In this document: positions 51,011 to 62,190 of the stretch, piece after piece
How the letters are laid out: each line of letters opens with the position of its first letter
Numbering within the stretch: the first letter of the stretch is position 1
Assembly (NCBI RefSeq): GCF_036321535.1
Contig: NC_087447.1
Span: forward strand, 52,578,001 to 52,642,000
Direction of reading: 5' to 3'
DNA from: Camelus dromedarius
Taxonomy: Eukaryota
DNA: 64,000 nt
The notes under the pieces: model-generated
Told to the model about the DNA's origin: nothing
The model's database searches: none
What the model saw: the letters and a program-made list of their open reading frames with translations, nothing else
Position numbers and translations under genes: made by a program

Positions 51011-51519
51011 TAGTAGTGTTGGAAGTCCTGCTGCAGATATCCAAGAAGTAATAATAATAGGACTTGTGAATCTTTAGCCCTTTCATGACATGGATTCTAC
51101 CCTAACTTTGGCCAGGCAAGTTACAAGACCATCCCTTAATTGTATGGGGTCTGAGCAAGGATGTGCAAGGCTCCTGGTAACCACTGCTGGCAAATCAAAT
51201 CCATCACAGGTCAGCTCCTCTAGAAAGCTCACCTGGACCACTCAGTATTACCATGGCCACCTCCTTTGCTGAATTCCTATGGAAACTGAATTTCAGAGAT
51301 TTTAACTCATCCATGATCGCACAGCTAGTCAGTGGTAAACAAGGATTTAAGCTCAGGACTCTGATCCCAAAGCTTATCCACTATGCAAGCGTGGGACTCA
51401 TTTGAGCATTTGTACCTTGATACTTGGAGAGTTTCAGCACAGAATCATCTTAACGTGGGGACTTCGAAAAATCATTTCATTAAAGTTTTTCTCAAGGTCC
51501 TCTTTGCATAGAATCTTTG

Positions 51520-51700
51520 TTCTTTAAGTTTCTCTACTTTTTCTTGAGTCAGTTTGAGTAGCTTATACTTGCCCAGAAAACAGCCTGTCTTAGGGAGATT
51601 TGCAAACTTGTTAGAGTGCAACAGTGCATTGTATTGTTACCATTTTAAATCCCATGTTGCTTTATTTCCTTTCTCATGTATTAGTTCTCCTCTTTTTAAT
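51520..51700 (-). mobile_element. Old L1M fragment
   Basis: 'ttcttgagtcagtttgagtagcttatacttgcccagaaaa...gatttgcaaacttgtt'. Confidence 0.55.
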
Positions 51701-52575
51701 AGTCAATGTTTTCCAGTGCTGTATCTATTTTGCAGTGTACAGGGCAGTAAGAATTGCAAGGACACACAAAGTTATTTTAAAATGCTGGCCACAGGGGAAG
51801 CTGCCTGGTCTGAAAAAAAGTCAGAATGTATCTTTGAGAGAGAACTCTTTTGTCTAGAAAAATGCCATAATGAGCCTGTTGGGACCTGACAGGTGAGGCC
51901 TTCTGGGTTTCAACAAAGCAGTGAATGAATCTGATGGTGAGCTCCTGGAAGAGGGCTTCTGGGGGCACCCAAACGGAAGAGGACAGGGAGAGAGGGCCAG
52001 GCACCAAGGTGGCAAGCAGGGAAAGGCTGGCCAGGGAGACTTGGGGTGATGAGGGAGGGCTTGGTTATCCTGCACCCTGTGGGTCAAGGCATGGACTGTT
52101 TGCTTTTAACATGAAGAGAACTGGTCCCTTCAAAGTTGGAGAAGATTGCAGTGGAGACCAGGCTCACCCCTGAAATCATTCAAGCTTCCCCAGCAGACAG
52201 AAGGAAGATTGCTTAATTGAGGTTTTTACAATTGATAAGACTTCTCCCAGGGTGGTTGTGGGGATTTAACAAGCTGATGCCTGCTAGAGGCTTAGCACGG
52301 TGCCTGCTCACTGCAGACCATCGCTAAATGTTACATACACTCTGTAGAGGGACAGATGCTCAGGTGGGCTGAGTAAACATGAGTGTGTGTGTGGTGGGGC
52401 AGGGGGATGTTGGCAGGTTTGAGGATAGAACGAGCCTTCTAAGAATCCTTGCAGGCCCAGGTAGTCTAACATCAACCCCCACTCAGTCCTGAGCTAGTTA
52501 AAAACAAACAAACAGCCAGTGGGTGGTGGGACCCTGGAGTCATTCATGAAAGGCATGGATGAAACTTGGCACTGT

Positions 52576-53172
52576 AAAAAAGATATACGCACCCCAATGT
52601 TCATAGCACCAGTATTTACAATAGCCAAGACATGGAAACAACCTAAATGTCCATTGACAGATGACAGGATAAAGAAACTGAGGTATATTTATACAATGGA
52701 ATACTACTCAGCCATAGAAAATAAAATAATGACATTTACAGCAACATGATGGACATGGAAATTGTCATTCTAAGTGAAGTAAGCCAGAAAGAGAAAGAAA
52801 AATACCAAATGATATCACTTGTGGAATCTAAAATGAGCTTATTTACAAAACAGAAACAGACTCATAAACATAGAAAACAAACTTATGGTTATTGGGGGGA
52901 AGGAGGTGGGAAGGGATAAGTTGGGAGTTTGAGATTTGCATATATAACTACTATATATATAATAGATAAACAAGTTATACTACATAGCACAGGGAACTAT
53001 AGTCAATATCTTGTACTAACTTATGGTAAAAAGGAATATGAAAACAAATATAGGCTTATTCATGCATGACTAAAGCATTGTGCTGTACACCAGTAATTGA
53101 CACAACATTGTAAACTGACTATACTTCAATTATATATATATATACACATATATACATATATACACAAAAAAA
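52576..53172 (+). mobile_element. Camelid/cetartiodactyl L1 3' end
   Basis: ORF2 end (TPMFIAPVFTIAKTWKQPKCPLTDD...YTMEYYSAI), then the 3' UTR to 'gactatacttcaat' and a (TA)n/A tail. Confidence 0.95.
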
Positions 53173-53559
53173 TAATCCTCTCCAGCTCATCTGTGACCTG
53201 CGATTTGCAGGGTACCATCAACGGCCTAGCTCAAGGGGCAGCCCTCCCGAATTTCATTTCTGAACCCTGCATTTGGGCCCCATCTCAATTAAGATCAGTT
53301 AGAAGTCAATTTCACAGTGGTTGGTTTTATAAGATCCCCCCAAAATGATAAGCTGGAAACAGGCAATTGCTACTTTGGGGAGCAGAGCCTTTCCTCAGAT
53401 GCTTTATTTATTTATTTTGATTGGATTTTAATTGGGTAAATAATGTTTATTTAATTTTTTTTTCTGATTCCAAAGACAGTATCTAGGCAGGAGGGAAAAA
53501 CAGCTGTCCTTGGCCCTCACCAGACCTCAAACTCTAACAGTGATTTTTCTCTTTATCGG

Positions 53560-54300
53560 CTGTGAGGCTTAAACAAATACATTTCCCAAAGCTGACGAGC
53601 AATCATTTCCAAATGTAGAAAAACCCCAGAAAGGTGGAAAGAAAAGGCAAGAAAATCATCTAAAGTGTCACTACCCAGGGACAACCACTGTTAAGGGTTT
53701 TGTGTGTGTGTTTCCTTCCTGTGATTTTTCTCTAATTGTTTTACATGGCTGAGATCACACTGCGTGTGACTTTATATTCTGCCTTTTGAACTCCACGGTA
53801 TACCATAAGCATTTCCGTATGTCGTTAAAATCTCTGTAAACATCGTTTTTCTTTCTTTCTTTTTTTTAATGGAGGTACTGGGATTGAACCTAGGACCTCG
53901 TGCATGCTAAGCATGCATTCTACCACTGAGCTGTACCCTCCCCCTCTAAATATCATTTTTAATAGCTACAAAATATTCCATTCTATGAATGAACCCTAAT
54001 TTACCTGGTCAATTCCCCAAAGTGGAGCTTTTAGTGGTTTCCAGTTTTTCACTCTTATAAATAAAACTGCAGGGAACACCCATGTGTATAAATTCTGGTC
54101 TGCATTTCACATTGTTTTCTTAGGACGGATTCCCAGAAGTAGAATTCCTGGGTCAAAGGACATAGACTAGGGGCTCTTGAACCTTACTGCCAAACTGCTT
54201 TTCTGACCAGCGGTCCCAATATCCGCTCCTCTGGCAGTATGTGAGGGCCCCTCCGTGCATGCAGGCAGCTCTGTCTGGTGCATTTTTTAAACCCTACACC
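53560..54300 (-). mobile_element. L1ME-type 3' fragment hosting a Vic-1 SINE
   Basis: 'actacccagggacaaccactgttaa...tagtggtttccagtttttcactcttataaataa...attcccagaagtagaattcctgggtcaaag...tactgccaaactgc'. Confidence 0.8.
53851..53946 (-). mobile_element. Vic-1-type SINE (short form)
   Basis: 'atggaggtactgggattgaacctaggacctcgtgcatgctaagcatgcattctaccactgagctgtaccctcccc'; TSD taaacatcgttttt / taaatatcattttt (2 mismatches). Confidence 0.92.
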
Positions 54301-55211
54301 CTGGGAAGGGATGTCGCCATTTGTCTGGGGCATGGCGTCTGGGGAGGGCTTTAACTCCTCTGAGTCCCCTTTGGTGGCCCCAGGAAGGGTCAGTGGACTT
54401 GCATCCCCCTTGTCCCCTCCCCTTGTGTCTGGCTTCATGGCCTTTCATCTGGGGCACTGAGAGGGCTCTGTGTGCCTGTGTTCCCAGCAAGGCACCACGA
54501 CACAGTAGGAGGCAGGGATGGGGGAGGCATTACTGATTCTCAGGTCATTTTTAGCACTTCTCAGCCATTTATCAGACTCAAGGTATCCTGTTTTCTCCCT
54601 CCTTAAGAATCACCACCATGTGTGTGAGAGGACTTTGCTGCACAAGTCTAATCGGAGTACTCAAAAGCATCCTCACACAGTGTTTTGGGGTCTGTTTTGG
54701 AGAGCACCAGAGAAATCTTCTTTCTGATTTGTACTATAGAGGTCATTGGTCATGCCCTGATTTGAGGTCAGTGCTGAATTTAAAGAAAAAAACAAAACAT
54801 TTCAAAGGGGAAACCATGTGAGTCTTTCCACGAGCAGAATCAGAGAGCTCCAGCCAAAAGCCATGGGGGATATTTAATCATGAGAAAAACAGAAACACAA
54901 GAGGAGGGAGGGCTGCAAGAACAGAGCCACTGGCATCCAGGGAGGGCAGGTGTCAGCAGGGCAGGAGGTTATGCGCTCACCAGGAGAAGTAGGAAGAAAG
55001 GTTCTGAGTGCCTCCTGGGGAACTGGGGCTGTGGGAGGTGCATTCTCATAAACACTGTGGCAGCCAGGAGAGCCACAACTTCTACTTTTACTGATCAGGA
55101 CACGGAGGCTGGAAGACGTCATGTGTCCCGCCACAATCACACAGCTGGGAAGAGGCAGAGTGAGAATTCAACACAGGACCAGCTGAGGCCGGGTCCAAGG
55201 GTGTCCTACCG

Positions 55212-55370
55212 CAGTCACGCTTCTCAGACATTCATATGGATGAGATTCCACTGGGGGTCTTGTTAAAAAGCTGATTCTGCTGTGGAGAGGCCCGAGAGCC
55301 TGCATTTCCAACAAGCTCCCAAGTGATGCTGACACTGCTGGTCCAGGGACCACACTTGGAGTAGCAAGGG
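55212..55370. mobile_element. MER5A1/MER5B-type MITE
   Basis: 'cttgttaaaa...tgattctg...ctgcatttccaacaagctcccaagtgatgctga...ggtccagggaccacactt.gagtagcaagg'. Confidence 0.85.
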
Positions 55371-55378
55371 CCTCTCAT

Positions 55379-55552
55379 GGTGGTTCTCAAACTTTAGTAA
55401 GCATCAGATCACCCAGAGAGCCCCTTAAAATGCAAGCTGCTGGGCCTTACCTCTGGAGTCTGTGACTCAGTCGGTCTGGGATGAGACCAGAGAGCTGGGT
55501 CCCAGGTGCTGCTGCTGCTGCGGGTCTGGGTATTACCTTCTGAGAATCCTGC
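55379..55552. mobile_element. MER5-type MITE
   Basis: 'gtggttctcaaacttt...gcatcaga.tcacc...ttaaaatgca...gactcagtcggtctggg...tgagaa'. Confidence 0.8.
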
Positions 55553-56699
55553 CTAATGTTACAGCTCTACCGGGGGATAGGGGAGCAGTTCTCAGCCTGC
55601 TCAAATGCTGCTTTGGGGGCCTTTCTGTGTTCTAGAGAACACCACAGATCCTGGTTCTTGGGGCGTCTGGAATTGGGACTGCAAAGAGGAGCTGCTCGTG
55701 TCCTGAGACCCTCAGCGTTTGGCTGTGGCATTAGAAGGGACAGGGTGTGTGTGTGTGTTGGGATTGGTATGATGAGTCTCCAAAGGCCTTGTAATCACCC
55801 TCCAGAATCAAGCAGTGACAGAAGCCAGAGAGTTTCTGGAGCAGCTTGAAGACTCACTCACTTAAAAAAAAAAAAAAAAAAAAAAGCCCACTTTGGAGTA
55901 CATCAGTTATACTGTGTTGTCGAACAGAGCTTCCTGCTTGTTGGGTCTTGGAGTTTAATAAAAAAATATATATTATGACTCAGTCCAAACTTTACTAAAG
56001 TCCTTGGGGAATGTGAAATGAATCACTTTAAGCTCTTGTTATAAAACAAACAGTCTTTTCTTTCACAAGCCTGTATCTGCAGCAGCCTCACGGTGGAGGT
56101 GAAGGAAAGGGAAGACAGAGAAGACTCAGAGCAAGGGGTGAACTCTTGGCCCTGGGCCTTTCTTAAATAACCAGAGACTTCTGGGATGAAGGAAGGCAGA
56201 CCCCAGAGAGGCTGCCTGAGGAAAAAGCCTTCTTTAATGGTGGGCCTACTCACTAAGAGTAGAGGTAGCTTGAGAAAGGAAGGCCTTGGAGGTCATCTCC
56301 TCCAGAAAGCCTTCCTTGATTTCTCCAGGTAGAAGGGCTCTCAATTGCATGGCCCATTATCTTTGCCTCTGAGCACAGAAGACCATCTCCTTGTATGCCA
56401 GCTGTTCATGGCCGTGATCTCTTTCCTACGGCACTGAATCTTTGGGCTGGCAGAACCCGCCCTGCATGAGGTGGTCCCCCAGTGCAGCAGGAGTCCTGTG
56501 ACCCCGCGTGTCTGACTGGCTGACTGACGCTACAAACGTCCTCAGTCTCCACATCTGAAGGAGGAAGTAAGCCCAGGCTGCACTAACAAAATCCAAACTA
56601 GCAAGTGGGCCGGTGGGCGAACGTAAACAGGGCCTTCACCGGCACCAAACCTGTTCCTTCATGCTGAGTCCCAGCTGGGTGCCCTCCGTGGAGGCAGAA

Positions 56700-56870
56700 G
56701 GGAAGTCTGTGAACCCTGGCTCCCCTGCGCACAGGCTGGGGGACTTAGGGAAAGCCGCTTTACCTCTCTGTGCCTCAGTTTCTTTGTGTGAAAATCAGAG
56801 ACAATGGCAGAATTGGTGTTGTGGTCTTGTTGAGAAGGTGAAATCAGATGACACGTGAAAAACACAGCGC
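56700..56870 (+). mobile_element. MIR SINE
   Basis: 'acctctctgtgcctcagtttct...gtgaaaat...ttgttgagaaggtgaaatcagatgacacgtgaaa'. Confidence 0.75.
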
Positions 56871-58234
56871 ACACAGCCCTTAAAAATAAAAAGAGACAAA
56901 GGAAAGGATCCAGTTACCAGAACAGGAGACCTGAAATTCAAGCAAGAATTTGAGAGCAGGGGAAGGGGTAAAGGCTTTATGTAATTTCAGACCCAAACCC
57001 TCAGGTTCATGCACAGAAAGCGTGTTTCTTCCTCCCGCGAAGAAAAGGACGACTGCAGAGAGGCCCGTGCATTTGGCCAGGTCTTCACAAGAGGACACAG
57101 AAGCTCCGTCCGCCCTGAGGGCTCCAATTCCGGCCCTCTGAGAAGGCACAGGCCAAGTCTTCCGCCTTGCTGGCACACGAGCCTGAGATTCCATGGCTCT
57201 CGTGCACCTCGACAGTGACCTGGTGGAACTTCACCAGGCTTCTCAGAGACCTAGACCCCTCCGAAGTGAGATACTATCACTCCACCTCAGAATCAGGTGG
57301 GCTACCACTGCCAAGCCCCCAACGAGGTATGCAGCACACAGTAGGCATTTCATAAATAAACACCTGTTAACTGAGTGTTTCCTGAATGGCCTCGATGACT
57401 CAGGGGTTAGAACAGCAGTCCTGCAGACCTTCCTGAGAGTTCGCACAGTTCTGGGCATGTGAACGTGCAAACCCCTCCGTTCGCGGCCAGAATTCGCACC
57501 AGGACCAGAGACGGACATCCTGGTGGCACAAGGAGTAAATGTACTGGAGGTTCTTCCAGAAGTGTCTGCCACGCTCTGGGGAGAACCTGTTTTGGGTGTC
57601 TCAACTGTACCTATAATTCCATCCCTAAAGTCATTTTGCACATCTTTCCAAGTATTCAAAAATAAAACTCCTGCCTGATCGAGGCGATAAAAGGATTTTC
57701 AGAAAAAAAAAAATCTTCGAATACTATTTTTAAAAAACCACACACACCTTTCTCCCTTCTTCTCCGTCTTCACCAGAGACCTCTGAGTTATGAAGTGCAC
57801 TTAACACCATTAATTGCCATGGAAACTAAAGCATCTTCCGCTGAATATGGTCAACTTTCTCTGCAGAGAATTTTTTTTTCCCCTTTCAGCAGAGACTTTG
57901 AATAATGGGCTGTTTTTGTTCCTTTTGTGGGAAGACAAATTCCCTCTCCTCCACCCACTTCCTTTTGATGTGTTACTTCCCCCCGGCCACTCTCTGTGAC
58001 AGCAGAAGCTGGTTACAGGGTTTCCAGAAGGCTGAGAAAGAGGAGTAATGCCCTTTGAATTCCAACTTTCTGAGGAGGCTACCTGTGGGATCCAGGTGTT
58101 CTCACCTGTTCTTCAGTAATGATTTGCTCGTCACCAATTTTATTCAGCATCATGAACAACCACCTTAGTAGCACCCACTGACAATTATTAACAATGCCAT
58201 TTGTTTGAGTGCTTACAGTTGAGAATGTAGTTTA

Positions 58235-58460
58235 TAATTGAGTACTTACTATCTGCAGGGACTAGCACATGTGCACTACATGTGCCTCACAAGGACCTTG
58301 TAGATATTAAGATTATCCCCATTTTACAGATGAGGAAACTGAGGCACAAATAGATGAATCCACCTGCCCATAGGTACAGAACTAATAAACACCCTAAGCA
58401 AGATTTGGACGTGGGTCCTTCTAGTTCCAAACCTAGTCCAAGCATTTTCTACCATGCTTC
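58235..58460 (-). mobile_element. MIR SINE
   Basis: Exact core 'attatccccattttacagatgaggaaactgaggcaca'. Confidence 0.88.
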
Positions 58461-60600
58461 TAGTCCACCTTTTAAAAGAAGTAACGATATAATCCTCAGC
58501 CAGTAATAAAATCCTTAATAAATTGATTGACTTATTCATATTTATCAAGCCTCAAATCTATGCCAGGTACAGTACTGGGTCCTATTTCAAATTTATCTAC
58601 TCAGCAAACTCAGCCATCTGAAACTCTTCTGAGAAACGAGAATGATACAAAACAGTCTCTGAGGCACCCAAACCTATCATAACATTCACACACTCGATTG
58701 ACCTCAGAAATACTTCTTCACCTTCTTTACTTTCTCTATACACAGTGTAAATCAGCTGGTCATCTAAAACCAGAGATCTGGGTTTCAAGTCCAGATCCAT
58801 CACTCTGTTGCTGTGCAACTGGCCTGAGTCCTTTAAGCTTGTTTCCCATATCTAAGAGAGGAGGTGGTTTTGAAGATTCAATTAGAAAATGGATGTAAGG
58901 TGACGATTCCAGGAACTGATACCTAATAGTAATCACCAGTTATTGTGAGCAGTGGTTGTGGCATCATTCGTTCACTACAGAAACACTTTCTACACATTGG
59001 TAAGTCCCAGCACTCTGCCTGTCTGTGCTCTGTACAAAGTTTCATCTGAGAAGATACCCAGAAAGTCAGTTATGAGGCCAATGAGATAATCCCTGTCCAG
59101 GCTAAGCAGGGCGCCAGGCACAGGGCAGACACATCAACGGTGTTGGCTCAGCCCACTGAAGCCTCTTCTCTGGCTACAGGGACATTGTTTTTGTTGGAGC
59201 CGAGGGTACAAGGTAGGAAGTGGCAGAGCTAGGATTTGAACACACAAATCTGGGGGCTTACAGTCCTGCACCTGGGAGCAATTAGATTGGAGACATTTGT
59301 CCTGAATGGAGAATAGAGCCACACATTCCCAGGCCCTGAGCCCAGCACCCTCCGGTCCTACACTCCTTTTTTGCATCTTTCAGAAGTCCTGCCGTAACTT
59401 TCGCCCTTCTAATTGAGGGTGGCTGGTTTCTAGGCGTTACAGAAAGGAGTGGTCGTAGGAAAAATCACCTTCTATCAATTCAACATCAGACGCAATTCAG
59501 TTTCTTAATGACATTTCTGATCATTATGCCATGCTTCTAATTGAAAATGAATAATTGAAACTCTAATTATTACAGCAGTCAATAGAAAGCAAGTCTAGAC
59601 AACAACTTGCTAGGCAAAAGCTTTAATTCTCAATCGCTTTTAAAATGTAGTCGGTGTCTGGTTGTTCAATTATTTAACGAGCATGCATTTCTTTGGGCTA
59701 TATCCTGGGAAGAAGTTTAAAAATATAAGGACCCAGTGGTGGTTTTTGACAAGCTGTAAGTGTTGGACTTCTGGTTCTGGCAATACGGTAGCCAGAATTT
59801 ACGGGATCTCCCCTCCTACCAGAGCTATACAGAAATGCAGAACAAAATAAAATGGGGGGAAAAAAAAGGAACATTTAACCAGAGCATTGTAGCTGTGGTC
59901 TATTAGACACAAGCATAAATTTTAACAGCTGAAAGCTGAGGTTTGAACATCCACGTGGGGGGAAAAAGATGTGGACCTGTACACTGAGGCCCACATGAGG
60001 CAGGGGGTTACAGCAGAGGCCCTGAAACCCCTGCATAAGGTCAGGAACTTGGAGGAGTCTCCTCCATCCAAGTACGAGATCTCTGCCCATCGAGCTGTAT
60101 AGCGCAGGCCAAGAAGCTTAGTTTTGCTCAGGGCTTTGGAGATTATATCTATCTATATATAATGACCCCAGGATATAGAAAAAACTCAGGCCTGTGGCAC
60201 ACGCAAGTATGAAATCTAAATCTGCACCACCTATGGGTTACTAAAATCCTAAACCAAGAAATTAATGTAAAAACTGGCCCAGGGCCAGTGGAACCTCTGT
60301 GGTGCTTGGTTAAATCCAGTACAGAATAGCTCTATCGACTCCGTAAGGGCACTTCCATGACCTTGAGTGCAAGAAAATCCCATTGGAAAAAATAAGACAA
60401 GAACAAGAACAAAACATCACCTGAAGACGAGCTTACCAAGAAATTCACAAATCACCCAAGAAAAGACTTCATCAGCGGGCACAATAAAGGAGGCTTACCA
60501 CCCCTGAAATACTAAATAATCTGAGAGATGATGAATGTATTTTAGTGGCTAAAAAGATAAATGAAAGGATAACAGTCACATTAAAAGACCAAGACAGAGC

Positions 60601-61290
60601 AGGGAGGGTATAGCTCAGTGGTAAAGTGCATGCTTAGCATGCACAAAGTCCTAGGTTCAATCCCCAGCACCTCTATTAAAATAAATAAGTATAAATATAC
60701 CACATCTTCTTTATCCAGTCATCTGTTGATGGACATTTAGGTTGTTTCCACATCTTGGCTATTGTAAATACTGCTGCTATGAACATTGGGGTGCATGTAT
60801 TTTTTTGAATTATATTTTTTCTCCGGGTATATGTCCAGGAGTGGGATTGCTAGATTATATAGTAAGTCTATTTCCAGTGTTTTAAGGAACCTCCATACTG
60901 TTGTCCGTAGTGGCTGCACCAAGTTACATTCCCACCAACAGTGTAGAAGGGTTCCTTTATCTCCACACCCTCTCCAGCATTCGTCATTTGTAGACTTTGT
61001 AATAATATACAATGGAATACTACTGAGCCATAAAAAATAATAAAATAATACCATTTGCAGCAGCATGGATAGACCTGGAGATCGTCTTTGTAAATGAAGT
61101 AAGCCAGAAAAAGAAAGAAAAATGCCATATGATATCACTTATATGTGGAATCTAAAAAAAAAGGACGCAAATGAACTATTTATTTTTTGTAACTTAGATT
61201 ATTGATTTCTTGAAAAAACAAGTAAATAAATAAACCTAATTACCTCCCCCAAAGCAAAGACAAAAACAAAAATAAATAAAATATGTATTT
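60601..61290 (+). mobile_element. Vic-1-type SINE (long form) split by an L1 insertion
   Basis: Head 60601-60689 'gggagggtatagctcagtggtaaagtgcatgcttagcatgcac...ggttcaatccccagcacctc'; tail resumes about 61220 'aagtaaataaataaacctaattacctccccc'; TSD aaaagaccaagaca (60583-60596) / aaaagaacaaaaca (61295-61308). Confidence 0.9.
60690..61182. mobile_element. 5'-inverted L1 fragment (minus 60690-61006, plus 61005-61182)
   Basis: Minus segment encodes the ORF2 C-terminal motif [18 protein letters not shown]...AIPLLDIYP; plus segment 'tatacaatggaatactact...tgtggaatctaaaaaa' is the sequence that follows it in L1. Confidence 0.92.
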
Positions 61291-61989
61291 TTGAAAAAGA
61301 ACAAAACACTATGAAAAAATAAAGGCAGGTGTGAAAAAGAACGAAATAAAACTTGTGAAATGAAAAAAAATAACCCCACAGTCATCATGACTAAAATTCA
61401 CAGGCTGAATAAAACACCTGATTAAGTACAGGTCAAGAGAGATATCGAGAACTCAGATAGGTCTGAGGAAATTCCCTGTAGTGTAGCACAGGGAGATAGA
61501 CGGAAAATATGACAGATCTGTTCAAACAAAGGAGGGGAGAATTGGAAAATCCAACACACATCTAATGGAAATTTCAAAAGGAGACACTGGGGGAGAGGAA
61601 TTATTTGAAGTGATAAGAGAAGAGAATGTTCCAAAACTGATGAATGACAGACATGAAACTATGGAATAGTGAAAGCAAAGAACAAAATTTAAAAAATTCC
61701 AAGTGTTAGTTTCTTGTAGTTCTTTCAAAGGGACAAATCTCTGGCAAACTGAAGAATTAAGAAATAAGAAGAGTCCATGGATTAAAAGAAATGTAAGACT
61801 TGGCAATCATCCCTGGGAAGACTGGGGCTCTGTTCTCTAGCATGTCAGAACAGAAAACGAGGGCAACCACTAAGCACTGTGAACTCTAGCGAGTCCGAGA
61901 CTGCATTACTGCTCCTCATTCTTCACCCCTCACCTCATGCCCTTTGCTCTAAACTTTCCAGGACCTCCCATTAAACGTGGAGGGAAGAA

Positions 61990-62190
61990 TGTGCCCCAGC
62001 TATCCTGCTAGTCCAAGGGCAATGAGAGACTCAGAGAGCAGATGTGGATCCAATCTACAAATTGGGGTCAAACCCAGCTGAACCAAGGTTAGTTCAGCTG
62101 ACGCCCAACTGACCCCTCGCCCCGAGAGCGGGAATAGATGATCGTTTTTAGCCCCCGAATTGTCCAGTGGCTTGTCCATGCAACATGATG
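61990..62190 (+). mobile_element. Old MaLR LTR 3' half (MLT1F/G/H-like)
   Basis: 'agtccaagggcaatgagagac...cccagctgaacc...cagctgac...ttgtccatgcaacat'. Confidence 0.55.

Larger units (their letters stand above)
59765..61700 (+). mobile_element. Old L1ME/HAL1 5' UTR plus ORF1 remnant, interrupted at about 60597-61294
   Basis: Starts 'ggacttctggttctggcaa'. From 61532 the frame reads EGRIGKSNTHLMEISKGDTGGEELFEVIREENVPKLMND, resembling the L1 ORF1p RRM region (RSNIRIIGVPE...IFEEIIxENFPxL). Confidence 0.75.

Noticed and set aside
55864..55885. A22 run as the tail of a processed pseudogene
   Set aside because: No upstream mRNA-like body, poly(A) signal or convincing TSD.
60737..61138. 133-aa ORF with a Cys-rich motif
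   Set aside because: Chimeric read-through of an inverted L1 ORF2 C-terminal fragment.
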